NCBI GenBank assembly: GCA_031370005.1
Contig: JANMPT010000024.1
Coordinates: forward strand, 1 to 64,000
Length of the DNA stretch: 64,000 bases
Origin: Bdellovibrionales bacterium
GTDB lineage: Bacteria > Bdellovibrionota > Bdellovibrionia > Bdellovibrionales > Bdellovibrionaceae
Direction of reading: 5' to 3'
Part shown: positions 19,520-29,846 of the stretch, in pieces
Numbering within the stretch: position 1 is the stretch's first letter
Layout of the letters: each line of letters opens with the position of its first letter
The notes under the pieces: generated by a model
The model's input: the letters and a program-made list of their open reading frames with translations, nothing else
What the model was told of the DNA's origin: nothing
Databases searched by the model: none
Position numbers and translations under genes: made by a program

Positions 19520-20893
19520 GTGGCTGGCATTCGTATCTCTGGAATGGCTTCAGGATTACCACCGAACATCGTCGAACAGTTGATGGACGTTGAGCGCATT
19601 CCCGTGAAGAATATGGAAAACCAGAAGGTAAAAAATGAGGACAAGCTTAAGCTTGTTACTGAACTTGAAACTAAAGTTACTGATATCACTAAGAATCTTG
19701 GTGAACTTACAAGCACGAGAGGCTTCACCGATAAAAAACTAACAAGCGGTGACCCTAATATAGTGGATGGTACTTTAGATCCTGCTTTTGCAGTTCCGGG
19801 AGACTACAGCCTTGAGGTAATTCAGCTTGCTCAAAAACCAGCAGCAATTTCAAATGGTTTTCCTGATAAAGATAAAGCTCAGCTTGGTGTCGGCTATATT
19901 AAGTTTAAAACTGCCGAAGGTACTAAAGAGGTTTATATTAATGGTGAAAACTCCACATTAAACGGCGTAGCTGACCAGATCAATTCTCAAAACCTGGGAC
20001 TGCGTGCATCTGTGATTGAGGATCGCAAAGACCCAGAAAATCCATATCGTTTGATCGTTGCCGGTCTTACCACCGGAAATGATAAGCAGATTGAATTTCC
20101 AAAGATCTATATGTTGGATGGCGATCAAGATATGTATTTTGAAGATTCAAAACCTGCACAGAATGCGAAAGTGAAAATCGATGGTTTTGAAATTGAATTA
20201 CCTGAAAATAAAGCAACAGACTTATTCCCTGGGGTTAGCTTGGACATTAAGCAAGCTGCTCCCGGTCGCGCCATTCGTATTAACGTTAAAGAAAACTTAG
20301 AAGTTATCAGTGGCAAAATAAAAAGCTTCGTCGATGCTTACAATGCGACATTGGGATTTATACAAGGGCAGCACAAACTAAGTAGTGGAAGCGGGAAGAC
20401 TCCTCAGATGGGGCCTTTGGGTGGAGACGGTCTATTAAGGACTGTTGAGAGCTCGCTTCGGAGTGTCGTTTTGAATCCACAATACGGTGTGCAAACGCCA
20501 ATTCAGCGCTTAAGCGAGCTCGGTATTGAATTTAATCGCAATGGAACCTTGGATTTCAAACAGGACAAATTCAATAAAATTCTGCAAGGAAATCCACAAG
20601 GTGTGGCTGAGTTTTTTAGAGGCGATGGAGTTAAGACGGGCTTTGTGGCCACGGTAAAGATAGCGGTAAATAATTTAGTCAATAATCAGTTTGGTCCAAT
20701 TGGTAATCGGAAAAAGGGAATGCAGGACAAAATTGAGCAGATCAATAAGCGTATTGATACAAAAGAGCGTCAGCTTGTGCAAAAGGAAGACAGCTTAAGA
20801 AGAAAATTTTCTGACTTGGAATCGAAGATGTCATCACTGAATCAGCAGATGGGCTCAGTGCAGGCAATGGCTGCTTCCGGCGGTAAAGGTTAA
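19520..20893 (+). CDS. fliD: Flagellar filament cap protein
   Basis: ISGMASGL, EVIQLAQ, FVDAYN, C-terminal coiled coil; SD AGGAGG. Confidence 0.95.
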   Translation: MAGIRISGMASGLPPNIVEQLMDVERIPVKNMENQKVKNEDKLKLVTELETKVTDITKNLGELTSTRGFTDKKLTSGDPNIVDGTLDPAFAVPGDYSLEVIQLAQKPAAISNGFPDKDKAQLGVGYIKFKTAEGTKEVYINGENSTLNGVADQINSQNLGLRASVIEDRKDPENPYRLIVAGLTTGNDKQIEFPKIYMLDGDQDMYFEDSKPAQNAKVKIDGFEIELPENKATDLFPGVSLDIKQAAPGRAIRINVKENLEVISGKIKSFVDAYNATLGFIQGQHKLSSGSGKTPQMGPLGGDGLLRTVESSLRSVVLNPQYGVQTPIQRLSELGIEFNRNGTLDFKQDKFNKILQGNPQGVAEFFRGDGVKTGFVATVKIAVNNLVNNQFGPIGNRKKGMQDKIEQINKRIDTKERQLVQKEDSLRRKFSDLESKMSSLNQQMGSVQAMAASGGKG

Positions 20894-20937
20894 GTACGTG
20901 AGACAATATATTCAGTTGCAGGCTTAGAAGGAGCACT

Positions 20938-21333
20938 ATGAAGAACGCTTATCAGAAATATAAAACTCAATCAATACAAAGCGCCAGCAAGGAGAAATTG
21001 CTTCTAATGCTGTATGAAGGGGCCATTCGCTTCATCAAACAGGCAATCAAAGCGACTGAAGAAAAAAATATTGCAGAGCGAGGTTATAATATCGGGAAGG
21101 CTTTCGATATCATAATGGAGCTAAACAATACCCTTGACCACAAAGTTGGTGGCGAGATTGCGATGAACCTTGAGCAGCTATATATGTTCATAATGGAGCA
21201 GTTTACGAAGGCCAACATCACCGGAACGAAAGAACCTTTGCAAGCTAGTTTAAAGATTTTAGAGAATCTATATTCAGGCTGGGTGCAGGCGGTTGAAAAA
21301 ATTAAAAAAGTCGAAGCGGAAACTAAGAAATAG
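20938..21333 (+). CDS. fliS: Flagellin chaperone
   Basis: LLMLYEGAIRF, GGEIAMNLEQLY. Confidence 0.95.
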   Translation: MKNAYQKYKTQSIQSASKEKLLLMLYEGAIRFIKQAIKATEEKNIAERGYNIGKAFDIIMELNNTLDHKVGGEIAMNLEQLYMFIMEQFTKANITGTKEPLQASLKILENLYSGWVQAVEKIKKVEAETKK

Positions 21334-21341
21334 GAGATTTC

Positions 21342-21767
21342 ATGTTAAGAATCATTAGCTTGTTGCAAGAAAAAAATCATTATCTGGAAAAGTTTTGCTC
21401 TCTTAATGAAACAGAGCTTGTAAATTTCTCACTTGGCAATTTCGAAAATCTCGAATTATTTTACAATACTCGAGAACGAATCCTTGAAATTATCAAGTAT
21501 CTCGATGCCCAATTGGACCAAAGCAACTCGGCAATGGAAGACTCCAGTCAGATTAAAGCTGAAGACCGACGACAAGTTGAAGAGGCCATGCGGACTAAAG
21601 ATGAATATGTTAGTCACATCATCGAACAGGACCTTGAGGTGTTGGCATTTATTGAGCTTGCGAAATCGAATATAATTCGCGAGCTTCAGGATGTGCGTCG
21701 AGCGCGCAAAGCTGTGGGTGGTTATAAAAGTCCAACCTTCAACAAACGTCTAGATGAGGAAGCTTAG
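21342..21767 (+). CDS. FliT/FlgN-like helical flagellar chaperone
   Basis: All-helical protein directly after fliS. Confidence 0.6.
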   Translation: MLRIISLLQEKNHYLEKFCSLNETELVNFSLGNFENLELFYNTRERILEIIKYLDAQLDQSNSAMEDSSQIKAEDRRQVEEAMRTKDEYVSHIIEQDLEVLAFIELAKSNIIRELQDVRRARKAVGGYKSPTFNKRLDEEA

Positions 21768-21861
21768 TCAATTTCATGACAGTTGCTTCCCTCTAGAGTC
21801 AAACTCATGGCTCAGTTGGCCCACCAAATCGAACTTAGATCGGGCTTAATTAAAAAATCTC

Positions 21862-21878
21862 TTGGCATTATGGTTGCT
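21862..21878 (+). promoter_or_regulatory. Sigma-54 promoter
   Basis: TTGGCAT-TATGG-TTGCT with -24/-12 spacing. Confidence 0.7.
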
Positions 21879-21928
21879 TTTCTAATTTGCGGACGTGTGA
21901 TTCGTCTGCAATAAGGAGAAGGCAACCG

Positions 21929-22987
21929 ATGCTTGATTTATATAACCTTCAAAAGTCCAGCGATCTTTCAACAGGTCATGAAATACAGTCGACCCTAGAA
22001 AAGACGCAGCCATCTGTTTATTTAGACCGTGAAGAGGCACTTCGCGAGTTTGACCGCGAAACCGACTTGACTCGTCAAAAGGATGAAAAAGTAAGCCTAT
22101 CAGATGAGAAAATGGCGCTTTTACTTACCAATGCACGAGTCTTGATGAAGCATGGCGAGTTTTCTTTGGCGCTAAACCTACTTCGAACAGCGGCCAATCG
22201 ACATTCCAAAAACATAACAATGCTCAACCTGTTAGGAGAGTGTCTTGAGAGGACTCATCGCTTTGATGAGGCACTCAACGCACGCAAGGCTTGTGTCCGA
22301 GTTCTTTGCAATTTTGATCAGGTTCAAAAACTGGCAACTCTTTACTACAAACTTGGCAAAGATGAAGAAGCCTTGAGTCAGTATTATGAAGCACTTTCGC
22401 TGCTGACAGTAGAAAACGAAGCAATTTTCGAAGTCTATAAAAACATGGGAAATATTTTGGTTCGCCAAGGTGATTTCGAAGGTGCTGAGGACTATTATAA
22501 TAAGGCTTATACCCTAAATCCGAATTCCGATATTCTTTTAGTAAATTTTGGAACGCTCGAGGTTCAACGCCAGGATTATGATAAGTCACTTTATTGTTTC
22601 CGTCGAGCAATTGAGTTCAATCCAAAGAACGATAAGGCATGGGTGGGGTTGGCGATGGTGCATAGCCAATTCGGTGATCACGAACTTGCTTGGGCAAATC
22701 TCGAAGCTGCAATTGATATCAATCCTGTTAATAGGACGGCAGTTTTGCTTTTGGCGAACTGGGGGCTCCGCGACCATCGCGAAAATCAAAGCATCGAAGT
22801 GCTACAAGAATATCTAGGCAACGTAGAATTCGACGAAGATCTTTCTTTGGTACTTATCAATCTCTTCTGTAGTAACAGTCAGATTATCGAGGCAAAACTT
22901 GAGTGTGAGCGTGTCCTTCTTTGGAATCCAAAAAATGAAGAAGTCGCTTTGCTGCGCGAAAAACTTAGAAAAATAAAAGAGGTATAA
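21929..22987 (+). CDS. TPR repeat protein
   Basis: Multiple TPRs (YKNMGNILVRQGDFEGAEDYYNKA, AWVGLA); SD AAGGAG. Confidence 0.88.
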   Translation: MLDLYNLQKSSDLSTGHEIQSTLEKTQPSVYLDREEALREFDRETDLTRQKDEKVSLSDEKMALLLTNARVLMKHGEFSLALNLLRTAANRHSKNITMLNLLGECLERTHRFDEALNARKACVRVLCNFDQVQKLATLYYKLGKDEEALSQYYEALSLLTVENEAIFEVYKNMGNILVRQGDFEGAEDYYNKAYTLNPNSDILLVNFGTLEVQRQDYDKSLYCFRRAIEFNPKNDKAWVGLAMVHSQFGDHELAWANLEAAIDINPVNRTAVLLLANWGLRDHRENQSIEVLQEYLGNVEFDEDLSLVLINLFCSNSQIIEAKLECERVLLWNPKNEEVALLREKLRKIKEV

Positions 22988-22990
22988 AAC

Positions 22991-23614
22991 ATGAGCATTA
23001 TTTCTTTTTCAGAAAATCCAGAGGGATATCTGATTCCTTTTGAGGAGACCAAAGCTCTATGTGACTTTAAAGATCCTCTGAAGGAAGCAGAAGGCTGGGT
23101 AGCCGCCCAAGATTTGACCATTTCAAATGAGATCGTAATTTTAGGCTTGGGCGCGGGCTTTCACCTAAAAGTGTTGAATGAAACTCATCCCTATTTAAAA
23201 ATTCATGTGATTGAATGCCGCGATCAACTTTTGCCTATTTATAAGAGCCAAATTCAGTCACAGGTGGTAAATTACTCGTGTTTCCAAAGCCTAGAGATAC
23301 TTTTAGATTCAGAGGTCTTTGAAACGACTATTGTAAAATCCCTTCCCGTTTATTTTTTTAGAGGATCGTGGGGAGCTCAGGAAGATCTATTTTATTCTTT
23401 TTGGAAAAATCTCACAGGGCGCTCAGTCTATGCCATTGCAAAACACTTTGTAAATCTTGGCGTAGAAATTGATGAAGGAACCTTGTCATCGCTAAAACAG
23501 AGCGAAAAGCCTCTGACGATCAAAGAAGCAACCGAGATTATCATGAAATCCAATACTCCGGCAGCAAAAGAGAATCGCGGTTACTTTGAAGCACTTAGGG
23601 AATTGTTGAAATGA
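22991..23614 (+). CDS. Hypothetical protein with Rossmann-like ILGLGAGFH motif (resembles the N-terminal region of Maf flagellin-modification proteins)
   Basis: DPLKEAEGW and VILGLGAGFHL...IHVIE; flagellar context. Confidence 0.5.
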   Translation: MSIISFSENPEGYLIPFEETKALCDFKDPLKEAEGWVAAQDLTISNEIVILGLGAGFHLKVLNETHPYLKIHVIECRDQLLPIYKSQIQSQVVNYSCFQSLEILLDSEVFETTIVKSLPVYFFRGSWGAQEDLFYSFWKNLTGRSVYAIAKHFVNLGVEIDEGTLSSLKQSEKPLTIKEATEIIMKSNTPAAKENRGYFEALRELLK

Positions 23615-24828
23615 TTATATTAGGAATCTCACTTCTAAGGTTGGGAGATTTGATTTTACAAAGACCGCTCATTGAGGGGCTTCGAAGGAAGCATCCTCGA
23701 AGTGAAATTCACTTGCTGTTAAATAAACAGTCAGCACAAGCAGAGTTTTTGTTTGAGGGACTGGTTGATCGCTTTATTTATTTTGATCGCGAATTACTTC
23801 AAAAAAGCTGTGGCGAGCCAGAATACAATATTTTTTGGGGCTATCGTCAACTCAGAGACCTTGTGGAAGAAATCAATCATATTGACTATGGGGTAGCTTA
23901 TAATTTTACCCACAATCGATTAACAGCCCACTTGATGGGGCTTATTAATGCACATCAACGTATAGGAATATACTCTCAGGGGGGCCAGTTTTGTGGCCTA
24001 AGTAACCCATGGATTCAGTTTTTTAATAATTACTTTGGCAAGATCGAAGCTGCAGGATTTCACTATACTGAGCTGCTCGCTAAGGCCATGGATATTCCAC
24101 TAAGCCATGGAGCAATTAAGTTACAGAGTCAAACGAGCAAGAAAACCATTCTCATACAAGCGCTGACAAGCGATACTAAAAAAAATTGGGGTTTGTCGAA
24201 ATTTCTGTCCCTAGTGAACATTTTAGAGCAAGAGACTTCTTTTGAAATCAAAGTCCTTGGTGCACCCTTCGAACGAGAGCTTCTCACAGAAGTATTTGCC
24301 GATCATAATTTACTTATTTGTGATTTTAAAGAGGCCTCTGTTGCCATGAGGAATTCAGCGCTTCTTATAACGGGTGATACAAGCGTGAAGCATCTTGCAG
24401 CGCTATATGATATGCCGATACTTGAGCTTGCACTTGGTAGCAGTCAGCCATTGCAGGTGGGGGCTTATTCCAATAAATCTATCATATTGCAAAGCCGAGT
24501 GAGCTGTGGGCCTTGCCCTCATTCACAAAAATGCACGCAGCCCACTCATCGTTGCGGTGAAACTCTTCCAGTTGTTGCGGTTTATGAAGCCGCAAGAATT
24601 TTGCTAAATCTAGAATTCCACGACTGGGGGAGTTTCGCAGACAGACATGCAGAGCTAAACATTTTAAGAACTGAAATTCATAATGTGATGGGTTGGACAG
24701 TGCAGTGTTTGTCGCTTACGCAGAAAAATCAATTTGATAAAGTCATACAAAATAAAACAATGATTGTGGATGAATTAAATCATCGTTTGCAATTAAGTAA
24801 GGGAGTGTTGCATGAACAACGAACTTGA
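23611..24828 (+). CDS. Glycosyltransferase family 9 (heptosyltransferase-like)
   Basis: LRLGDL, KKNW, ITGDTSVKHLAA, CGPC. Confidence 0.88.
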   Translation: MIILGISLLRLGDLILQRPLIEGLRRKHPRSEIHLLLNKQSAQAEFLFEGLVDRFIYFDRELLQKSCGEPEYNIFWGYRQLRDLVEEINHIDYGVAYNFTHNRLTAHLMGLINAHQRIGIYSQGGQFCGLSNPWIQFFNNYFGKIEAAGFHYTELLAKAMDIPLSHGAIKLQSQTSKKTILIQALTSDTKKNWGLSKFLSLVNILEQETSFEIKVLGAPFERELLTEVFADHNLLICDFKEASVAMRNSALLITGDTSVKHLAALYDMPILELALGSSQPLQVGAYSNKSIILQSRVSCGPCPHSQKCTQPTHRCGETLPVVAVYEAARILLNLEFHDWGSFADRHAELNILRTEIHNVMGWTVQCLSLTQKNQFDKVIQNKTMIVDELNHRLQLSKGVLHEQRT

Positions 24829-24985
24829 AAGTTACTTATCGGTAGCGCTGAAGCGTCTTGAGAAGGCCTATAATGAGATATTAAAGACTCAGGGATATAA
24901 TGAGCAAACAGAAAAATTAAAGCTTCTTGCTGAACTCGTTAAAGAACAGGGTAACCATGAAAATATTAGTACTTCAACTCGCTAG
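24812..24985 (+). CDS. Small helical hypothetical protein (57 aa)
   Basis: MNNELESYLSVALKRLEKAYNEILK...; SD AAGGGAG; fills the gap between the two GT9 genes and overlaps both. Confidence 0.5.
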   Translation: MNNELESYLSVALKRLEKAYNEILKTQGYNEQTEKLKLLAELVKEQGNHENISTSTR

Positions 24986-26414
24986 GCTTGGCGATATATA
25001 TATGACATGGCCTGTGCTCCGGGCATTAAAGAGAATTCATCCAAACAGTGAGCTTCATTTTTTAACGCGTTCAAAGTTTGAAGCTGCGACTGAAGGTCTT
25101 AAATCCGTGGATCGCCATATTCAGTTACCGACGACAATTCTTCTTGAGCCTCTTATTCGTCCGGTCTTAGATATAGAGATCGCCTTGGGACGTGTAAGTA
25201 AGTTCATCGATGAACTGAAAGAAGAAGAATACGACTGGGTCATCAATTTGACTTTTTCCCCAGCGTCCAGTTACTTGACACATGCGATATCGGGACCGAA
25301 AACCCGTGTGACAGGTTATACTCGCCATAGTGATGGCTTCTTAAGTATTCCGGATGAGGTGAGTGCTTACTTCTATGCTCAAGTCGGTGTGGGTTCTTTT
25401 AATAGGGTGCATTTGACAGATATTTTTATTTCAATGCTTGGCTATGAATATGTAGATGCGGATTGGGACTCGCCGCAGGTGGATGGGCGGGACTTTGGTT
25501 TACCCGAAAAATTTATTTTAGTACACGTCGGCGCGTCGGAGGCAAAAAAGTCACTTCCACCATTTAAATGGACACGAGTGCTAAAAAACTTCTTTGATCA
25601 TAATTTAAAAATACCAGTTGTAATGATTGGCTCTGCCGCTGAAAGGCCTTTGGGCGAAGCCATTGAGGCTGGGGTCAGTCGCGGTTCGGTGATCAATCTG
25701 ATTGGGCAAACGCATTTGCGCGAGATTCTTAATCTGCTGAAAAGTGCGCAGCTCCTTGTAGGCTGTGATAGCGCACCAATGCATATGGCAAGTCTCACCA
25801 ATACCCCATGTCTTAATATTAGTTTTGACTCCGTGAACTTCTGGGAAACGGGGCCTAAATCAGCAAATAGTTTTATATATAAAGTCGCTTTTCCAGAGGA
25901 TGTCGTGTCAGAAGAATTGGGAGCCTATATTGATCAAATTCTTCAGTCGGAGAGACCTCCGCAACTAATTCGAAGAAGCACGGGACTTGCTAGTTATGTG
26001 CTTCCGAATGAAGAGCCCAAAGAGCTTTTTATTTGGAATTTGATTCAGGCACTTTATCTGAGTGGGAACTTTCCGGTGAGTGATGACTTGCTATTTTGTC
26101 AGGCGATCGAGAAAATTAGTGATGTGAATAAGCTGGCTCGTGAGAATATCCGAATGATTCCAGACAAAGGTCTTGAAGTCATGGGGCCTTTGATAGATCG
26201 CGCGGATGAGGTTATGGCCGCAGTGGCGCGTCTGGTTCCCTCGGTGGCGTCTATTGTTAAGTGGTATCAGGCTGAGAAAGTGCGGATTCCGCCAGGATCG
26301 AGTGAGAGCGTTGCTCATCGGAGCTTGGAAATCCACGAAAAGCTACAAAGAATCTTGAGCGTTTATATGCTTGAAGATAGCATTAAGGTTCATGAGTCTA
26401 GCCATAAAGAGTGA
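24957..26414 (+). CDS. Glycosyltransferase family 9 (heptosyltransferase-like) with C-terminal helical extension
   Basis: LARLGDI, HVGAS..KK, VGCDSAPMHMAS. Confidence 0.88.
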   Translation: MKILVLQLARLGDIYMTWPVLRALKRIHPNSELHFLTRSKFEAATEGLKSVDRHIQLPTTILLEPLIRPVLDIEIALGRVSKFIDELKEEEYDWVINLTFSPASSYLTHAISGPKTRVTGYTRHSDGFLSIPDEVSAYFYAQVGVGSFNRVHLTDIFISMLGYEYVDADWDSPQVDGRDFGLPEKFILVHVGASEAKKSLPPFKWTRVLKNFFDHNLKIPVVMIGSAAERPLGEAIEAGVSRGSVINLIGQTHLREILNLLKSAQLLVGCDSAPMHMASLTNTPCLNISFDSVNFWETGPKSANSFIYKVAFPEDVVSEELGAYIDQILQSERPPQLIRRSTGLASYVLPNEEPKELFIWNLIQALYLSGNFPVSDDLLFCQAIEKISDVNKLARENIRMIPDKGLEVMGPLIDRADEVMAAVARLVPSVASIVKWYQAEKVRIPPGSSESVAHRSLEIHEKLQRILSVYMLEDSIKVHESSHKE

Positions 26415-28449
26415 TTTACTAAGAAATGATTCCCCAACTGCGGATCCACTATTGTGGATCTCAAAAGAGCCCTTACCTCAAGAATATCGAAGTTTGGCTT
26501 TGATGGCGAGAGCAGACTGGGCAGAGGCCCAATCAGTAATTCAGGCGGAACGTCTTTTGCAAAGCGGCCGATTTTCTGTGGTTTTTGTTTCCACAGATCT
26601 TGGCGAGGACGCTGCCCTAGATCTAATTTATGTTGCGAAAATTCACCAAGGTTTTTCCAGCCGAATTTTGAGATCCCAAGATCTTAACGAAAGAATTACT
26701 CGAGAAGGAATTAACCGAGGCCAAGTTTTACGAATAATCCCTCAGGATTTGGACGTGGACACGTTTCATGGATTATTAAATGGAGCTCTTGAGAAGCATC
26801 TGCAGCGTTCCAAACAGTTCCAACTTCTTAAAGAATCCTCACAACGCAATCGTGAACTTGAGGGACTTAACAATAGCCTCGAGCATATTGTTGAGGAGCG
26901 TACTTTGCATATTGAGATTTCTCACACTGAGGAAGCTGAAAAATTAAGTCGAGAGCGATTGCTTATTCGTTTTATCAAAGAACTTGCAGCTCAAGGATCT
27001 TTTGAGGATATTTTACAAGTTCTACGTAAAGAATTGCGCAAATTTCATAAGTTAGGAGACCCAATTCTTGCCTACAGCGTGGCTGGAGCAAAGACTGAGT
27101 TAATGAGTTTTCATGGTGGGCAGTTTAGGCAGTCCGAAAGCGCCATTGATATCGTGTTCCCTGATAAATACCATAGTAACCATCCGCAACTCGTTAGACA
27201 TCTTGCAAATCACTACGGAAGACCCTTTATAAAAACTTTGATTTTTCCTTTGGAGCTGAAGCTGATTCAGCAACTGGCAGAAGGAAGTGCCGAAGCCATT
27301 CTGTGCTTTGAAAGCTCGCTTGCGGATAAAGATCTTAGCACATTCCTTGAATATGTGAATGATCGTTTAGGCCCTCTTAGTATGGCACTGGATCGCGTGC
27401 TTTTGGAATATCAACTTTCAAGTTTTTCTTATCGGTGGGAAAAAACTTTCGATAGTATGAAGGATCCGATTGCCATTGTGGATATGGACTACGAAGTGGT
27501 CCGAGCAAACAAAAAATTCCCTGAACATATTTCAGGTCAAAAATGCCACGTCAGTTTTGCGGGAAGCAAAGAGATTTGCCATGGGTGTCCTGTGGCGAAG
27601 GCTTTGAAAGAAAAGACTTCAGGGAGTGGCCAAATCAAGATCGGCGTTAAGACCTACCAGGTCTATTCCTACCCAATAATGGGCGAAAATGGCGGGCGCT
27701 CTACGAACGTGGTTAATCAGTATGTTGATATCACGGAGTCTCGGCAGCTGTATCTTAAAGTTCTGCAAAGCGAAAAAATGGGAGCTATAGGAAAGTTGGC
27801 AGGACACATTGCACATGAGTTGAATAATCCACTGACGGGTCTTCGCTCACTTGCACAGGTTTTACTTCATGAAGTGCCCAAAGGCGAGGCTCTATATTCT
27901 GATCTTTTGGAAATTGAAAAAGCAGCAATGCGTTCTCAGAAAATTATTAAGAATCTTCTGGAATTTTCCCATAATGATAGCCAGCCTCAGGAATTGATTT
28001 CTGTGGATGAAATTGTGGAAAAGACCTTGCCCATGTTGAAAACAGCGCTGCGCTCGCACCGTTTTCAGTTGCACTTGAGCTCGCGCCAAGCTTTAGTTCA
28101 AGTGGAACCTCACTTGCTGCAACAAGTAGTTTTTAATTTGGTCAACAATGCTTGCCAGTCTATGAAAGATCCTGGAACCTTGACTATAACTTCTGCGATC
28201 TCGCCGACAAATCCTAATTGTATAGAGCTCAGTGTAGGCGACACTGGCCCTGGTATTCCTGAGAATATTCAAAATAAGATTTTCGAAGCATTTTTTACTA
28301 CAAAAAAAGAAGGACTTGGAACAGGCCTTGGTTTAAGTATGTCAAAGTCCATTGTCGAGAGATTTGGTGGAAGTATTCACTTCGAATCAAAGCTTGGCAA
28401 GGGAACTATCTTTTTCATAACACTTCCTATTAAAGAGATGACGGCATGA
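26392..28449 (+). CDS. PAS-containing sensor histidine kinase (NtrB-type)
   Basis: AHELNNPL H-box, NLVNNA, DTGPGI, FFTTK, GTGLGL; start uncertain. Confidence 0.92.
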   Translation: MSLAIKSDLLRNDSPTADPLLWISKEPLPQEYRSLALMARADWAEAQSVIQAERLLQSGRFSVVFVSTDLGEDAALDLIYVAKIHQGFSSRILRSQDLNERITREGINRGQVLRIIPQDLDVDTFHGLLNGALEKHLQRSKQFQLLKESSQRNRELEGLNNSLEHIVEERTLHIEISHTEEAEKLSRERLLIRFIKELAAQGSFEDILQVLRKELRKFHKLGDPILAYSVAGAKTELMSFHGGQFRQSESAIDIVFPDKYHSNHPQLVRHLANHYGRPFIKTLIFPLELKLIQQLAEGSAEAILCFESSLADKDLSTFLEYVNDRLGPLSMALDRVLLEYQLSSFSYRWEKTFDSMKDPIAIVDMDYEVVRANKKFPEHISGQKCHVSFAGSKEICHGCPVAKALKEKTSGSGQIKIGVKTYQVYSYPIMGENGGRSTNVVNQYVDITESRQLYLKVLQSEKMGAIGKLAGHIAHELNNPLTGLRSLAQVLLHEVPKGEALYSDLLEIEKAAMRSQKIIKNLLEFSHNDSQPQELISVDEIVEKTLPMLKTALRSHRFQLHLSSRQALVQVEPHLLQQVVFNLVNNACQSMKDPGTLTITSAISPTNPNCIELSVGDTGPGIPENIQNKIFEAFFTTKKEGLGTGLGLSMSKSIVERFGGSIHFESKLGKGTIFFITLPIKEMTA

Positions 28450-28799
28450 AAATCCTCGTTGTTGATGATGAACCTTTGGTTCGAAGGTCTTTGGGACGCG
28501 CTTTAAAGAGCCGTGGGCATATTGTTTTCGAGGCAGAAGATGGACTGCAGGGGCTTCTTATGTGGAGAGAACAAAAACCCGATTTGGTTTTTTTAGATGT
28601 GCTAATGCCAAAAATGACTGGGCCGCAAGTTTTGATTGAGATCGGTGAGCAAAGAACAGGAAAGGTAATTTTGATGTCTGCTTTTTCGGGAGAGCACAAT
28701 ATGGAGACCACTATGCAAATGGGTGCGGATCTTTTTATTCCAAAACCTTTTGAAGATATTTTTTCGATTGTGAATGTAGCTGAAGGTTTACTGAAATGA
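28446..28799 (+). CDS. Single-domain response regulator
   Basis: VVDDE, LDVLMP, MSA, PKP. Confidence 0.92.
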   Translation: MKILVVDDEPLVRRSLGRALKSRGHIVFEAEDGLQGLLMWREQKPDLVFLDVLMPKMTGPQVLIEIGEQRTGKVILMSAFSGEHNMETTMQMGADLFIPKPFEDIFSIVNVAEGLLK

Positions 28800-29365
28800 G
28801 AATCATTTCTGGAAAGTACAAGGGACATTTACTTGTAGAATTTAAGGCAGATCATATTCGGCCTACGACCGATCGCGTGAAAGAAACTTTATTTAATAAA
28901 ATGATGTTCGATATTGCGGGAGCTAGGGTCGTTGATTTTTTTTCTGGCACAGGTAATTTGGGGATTGAGTCCCTTTCCCGTGGCGCTCGAGAAGTTGTCT
29001 TTGTTGAAAAACATCCCAAATCTATCGATATTTTGAAAAAAAACCTGACAAAGCTTAAAGTTCCGATGCCTGATTATCAAATTATAAGTATGGATGTTTT
29101 GGCGTTCCTTAAAGATTATCAGGGGGAGGCCTTTGATATTATTTTTGCTGATCCACCTTTCACTGAGAAAATGGCTCATAAAGTCATGGAACACGCGTGC
29201 TTGAGTCCGGTTTTTGGAGTTCAAACACTCATGGCAATAGAATCTGAGAGGCGCGAGAAAATTGAAGATATTTATGGCGATATAGAGCGTTATGACCATA
29301 GGGAGTTTGGCGATAAAATCCTATCTTTCTTTGCAAAAAAAAAGGATAACAAAACACATGAGTAA
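28796..29365 (+). CDS. rsmD: 16S rRNA m2G966 methyltransferase
   Basis: MRIISG, RPTTDRVKE, DFFSGTG, DPPF. Confidence 0.95.
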   Translation: MRIISGKYKGHLLVEFKADHIRPTTDRVKETLFNKMMFDIAGARVVDFFSGTGNLGIESLSRGAREVVFVEKHPKSIDILKKNLTKLKVPMPDYQIISMDVLAFLKDYQGEAFDIIFADPPFTEKMAHKVMEHACLSPVFGVQTLMAIESERREKIEDIYGDIERYDHREFGDKILSFFAKKKDNKTHE

Positions 29366-29846
29366 GCTCGCGGTTTACCCTGGAAGCTTTGACCCCATCA
29401 CTCTTGGTCACGTCGATATCATTCAAAGAATTTCCCATCTTTATGAAGAGACCGTGGTATTGATCTCTCAGTCCTCAAACAAATCCTCACTTTTTACGCC
29501 TGAAGAGCGTAAAAAGTTGATAGTGAAAAGCCTTTCCCATCTGAAAAATGTAAAAGTAGACATACACGAAGGATTGACGATTGATTACATGAAAGAAAAA
29601 AGATCTCAAGTAATCGTGCGAGGCCTACGCGCTTTTTCAGATTTTGAGTATGAGTTGACGATGGCAAATATGAACAAAATGCTTGCGCCAAGAATTGAAA
29701 CGCTGCTTATTTTTTCAGATCCGAAGTATTATTTTATATCCTCACGTGGCGTCAGGGAGGTTGCTCAGCATGGAGGATCTTTGCAGGGACTAGTCACGGA
29801 TGTTGTCGCCGAAGCACTTATAAAAAAAATGAAGAGGTCCAAATGA
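29358..29846 (+). CDS. coaD: Pantetheine-phosphate adenylyltransferase
   Basis: YPGSFDPITLGH, RGLRAFSDFEYE. Confidence 0.96.
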   Translation: MSKLAVYPGSFDPITLGHVDIIQRISHLYEETVVLISQSSNKSSLFTPEERKKLIVKSLSHLKNVKVDIHEGLTIDYMKEKRSQVIVRGLRAFSDFEYELTMANMNKMLAPRIETLLIFSDPKYYFISSRGVREVAQHGGSLQGLVTDVVAEALIKKMKRSK

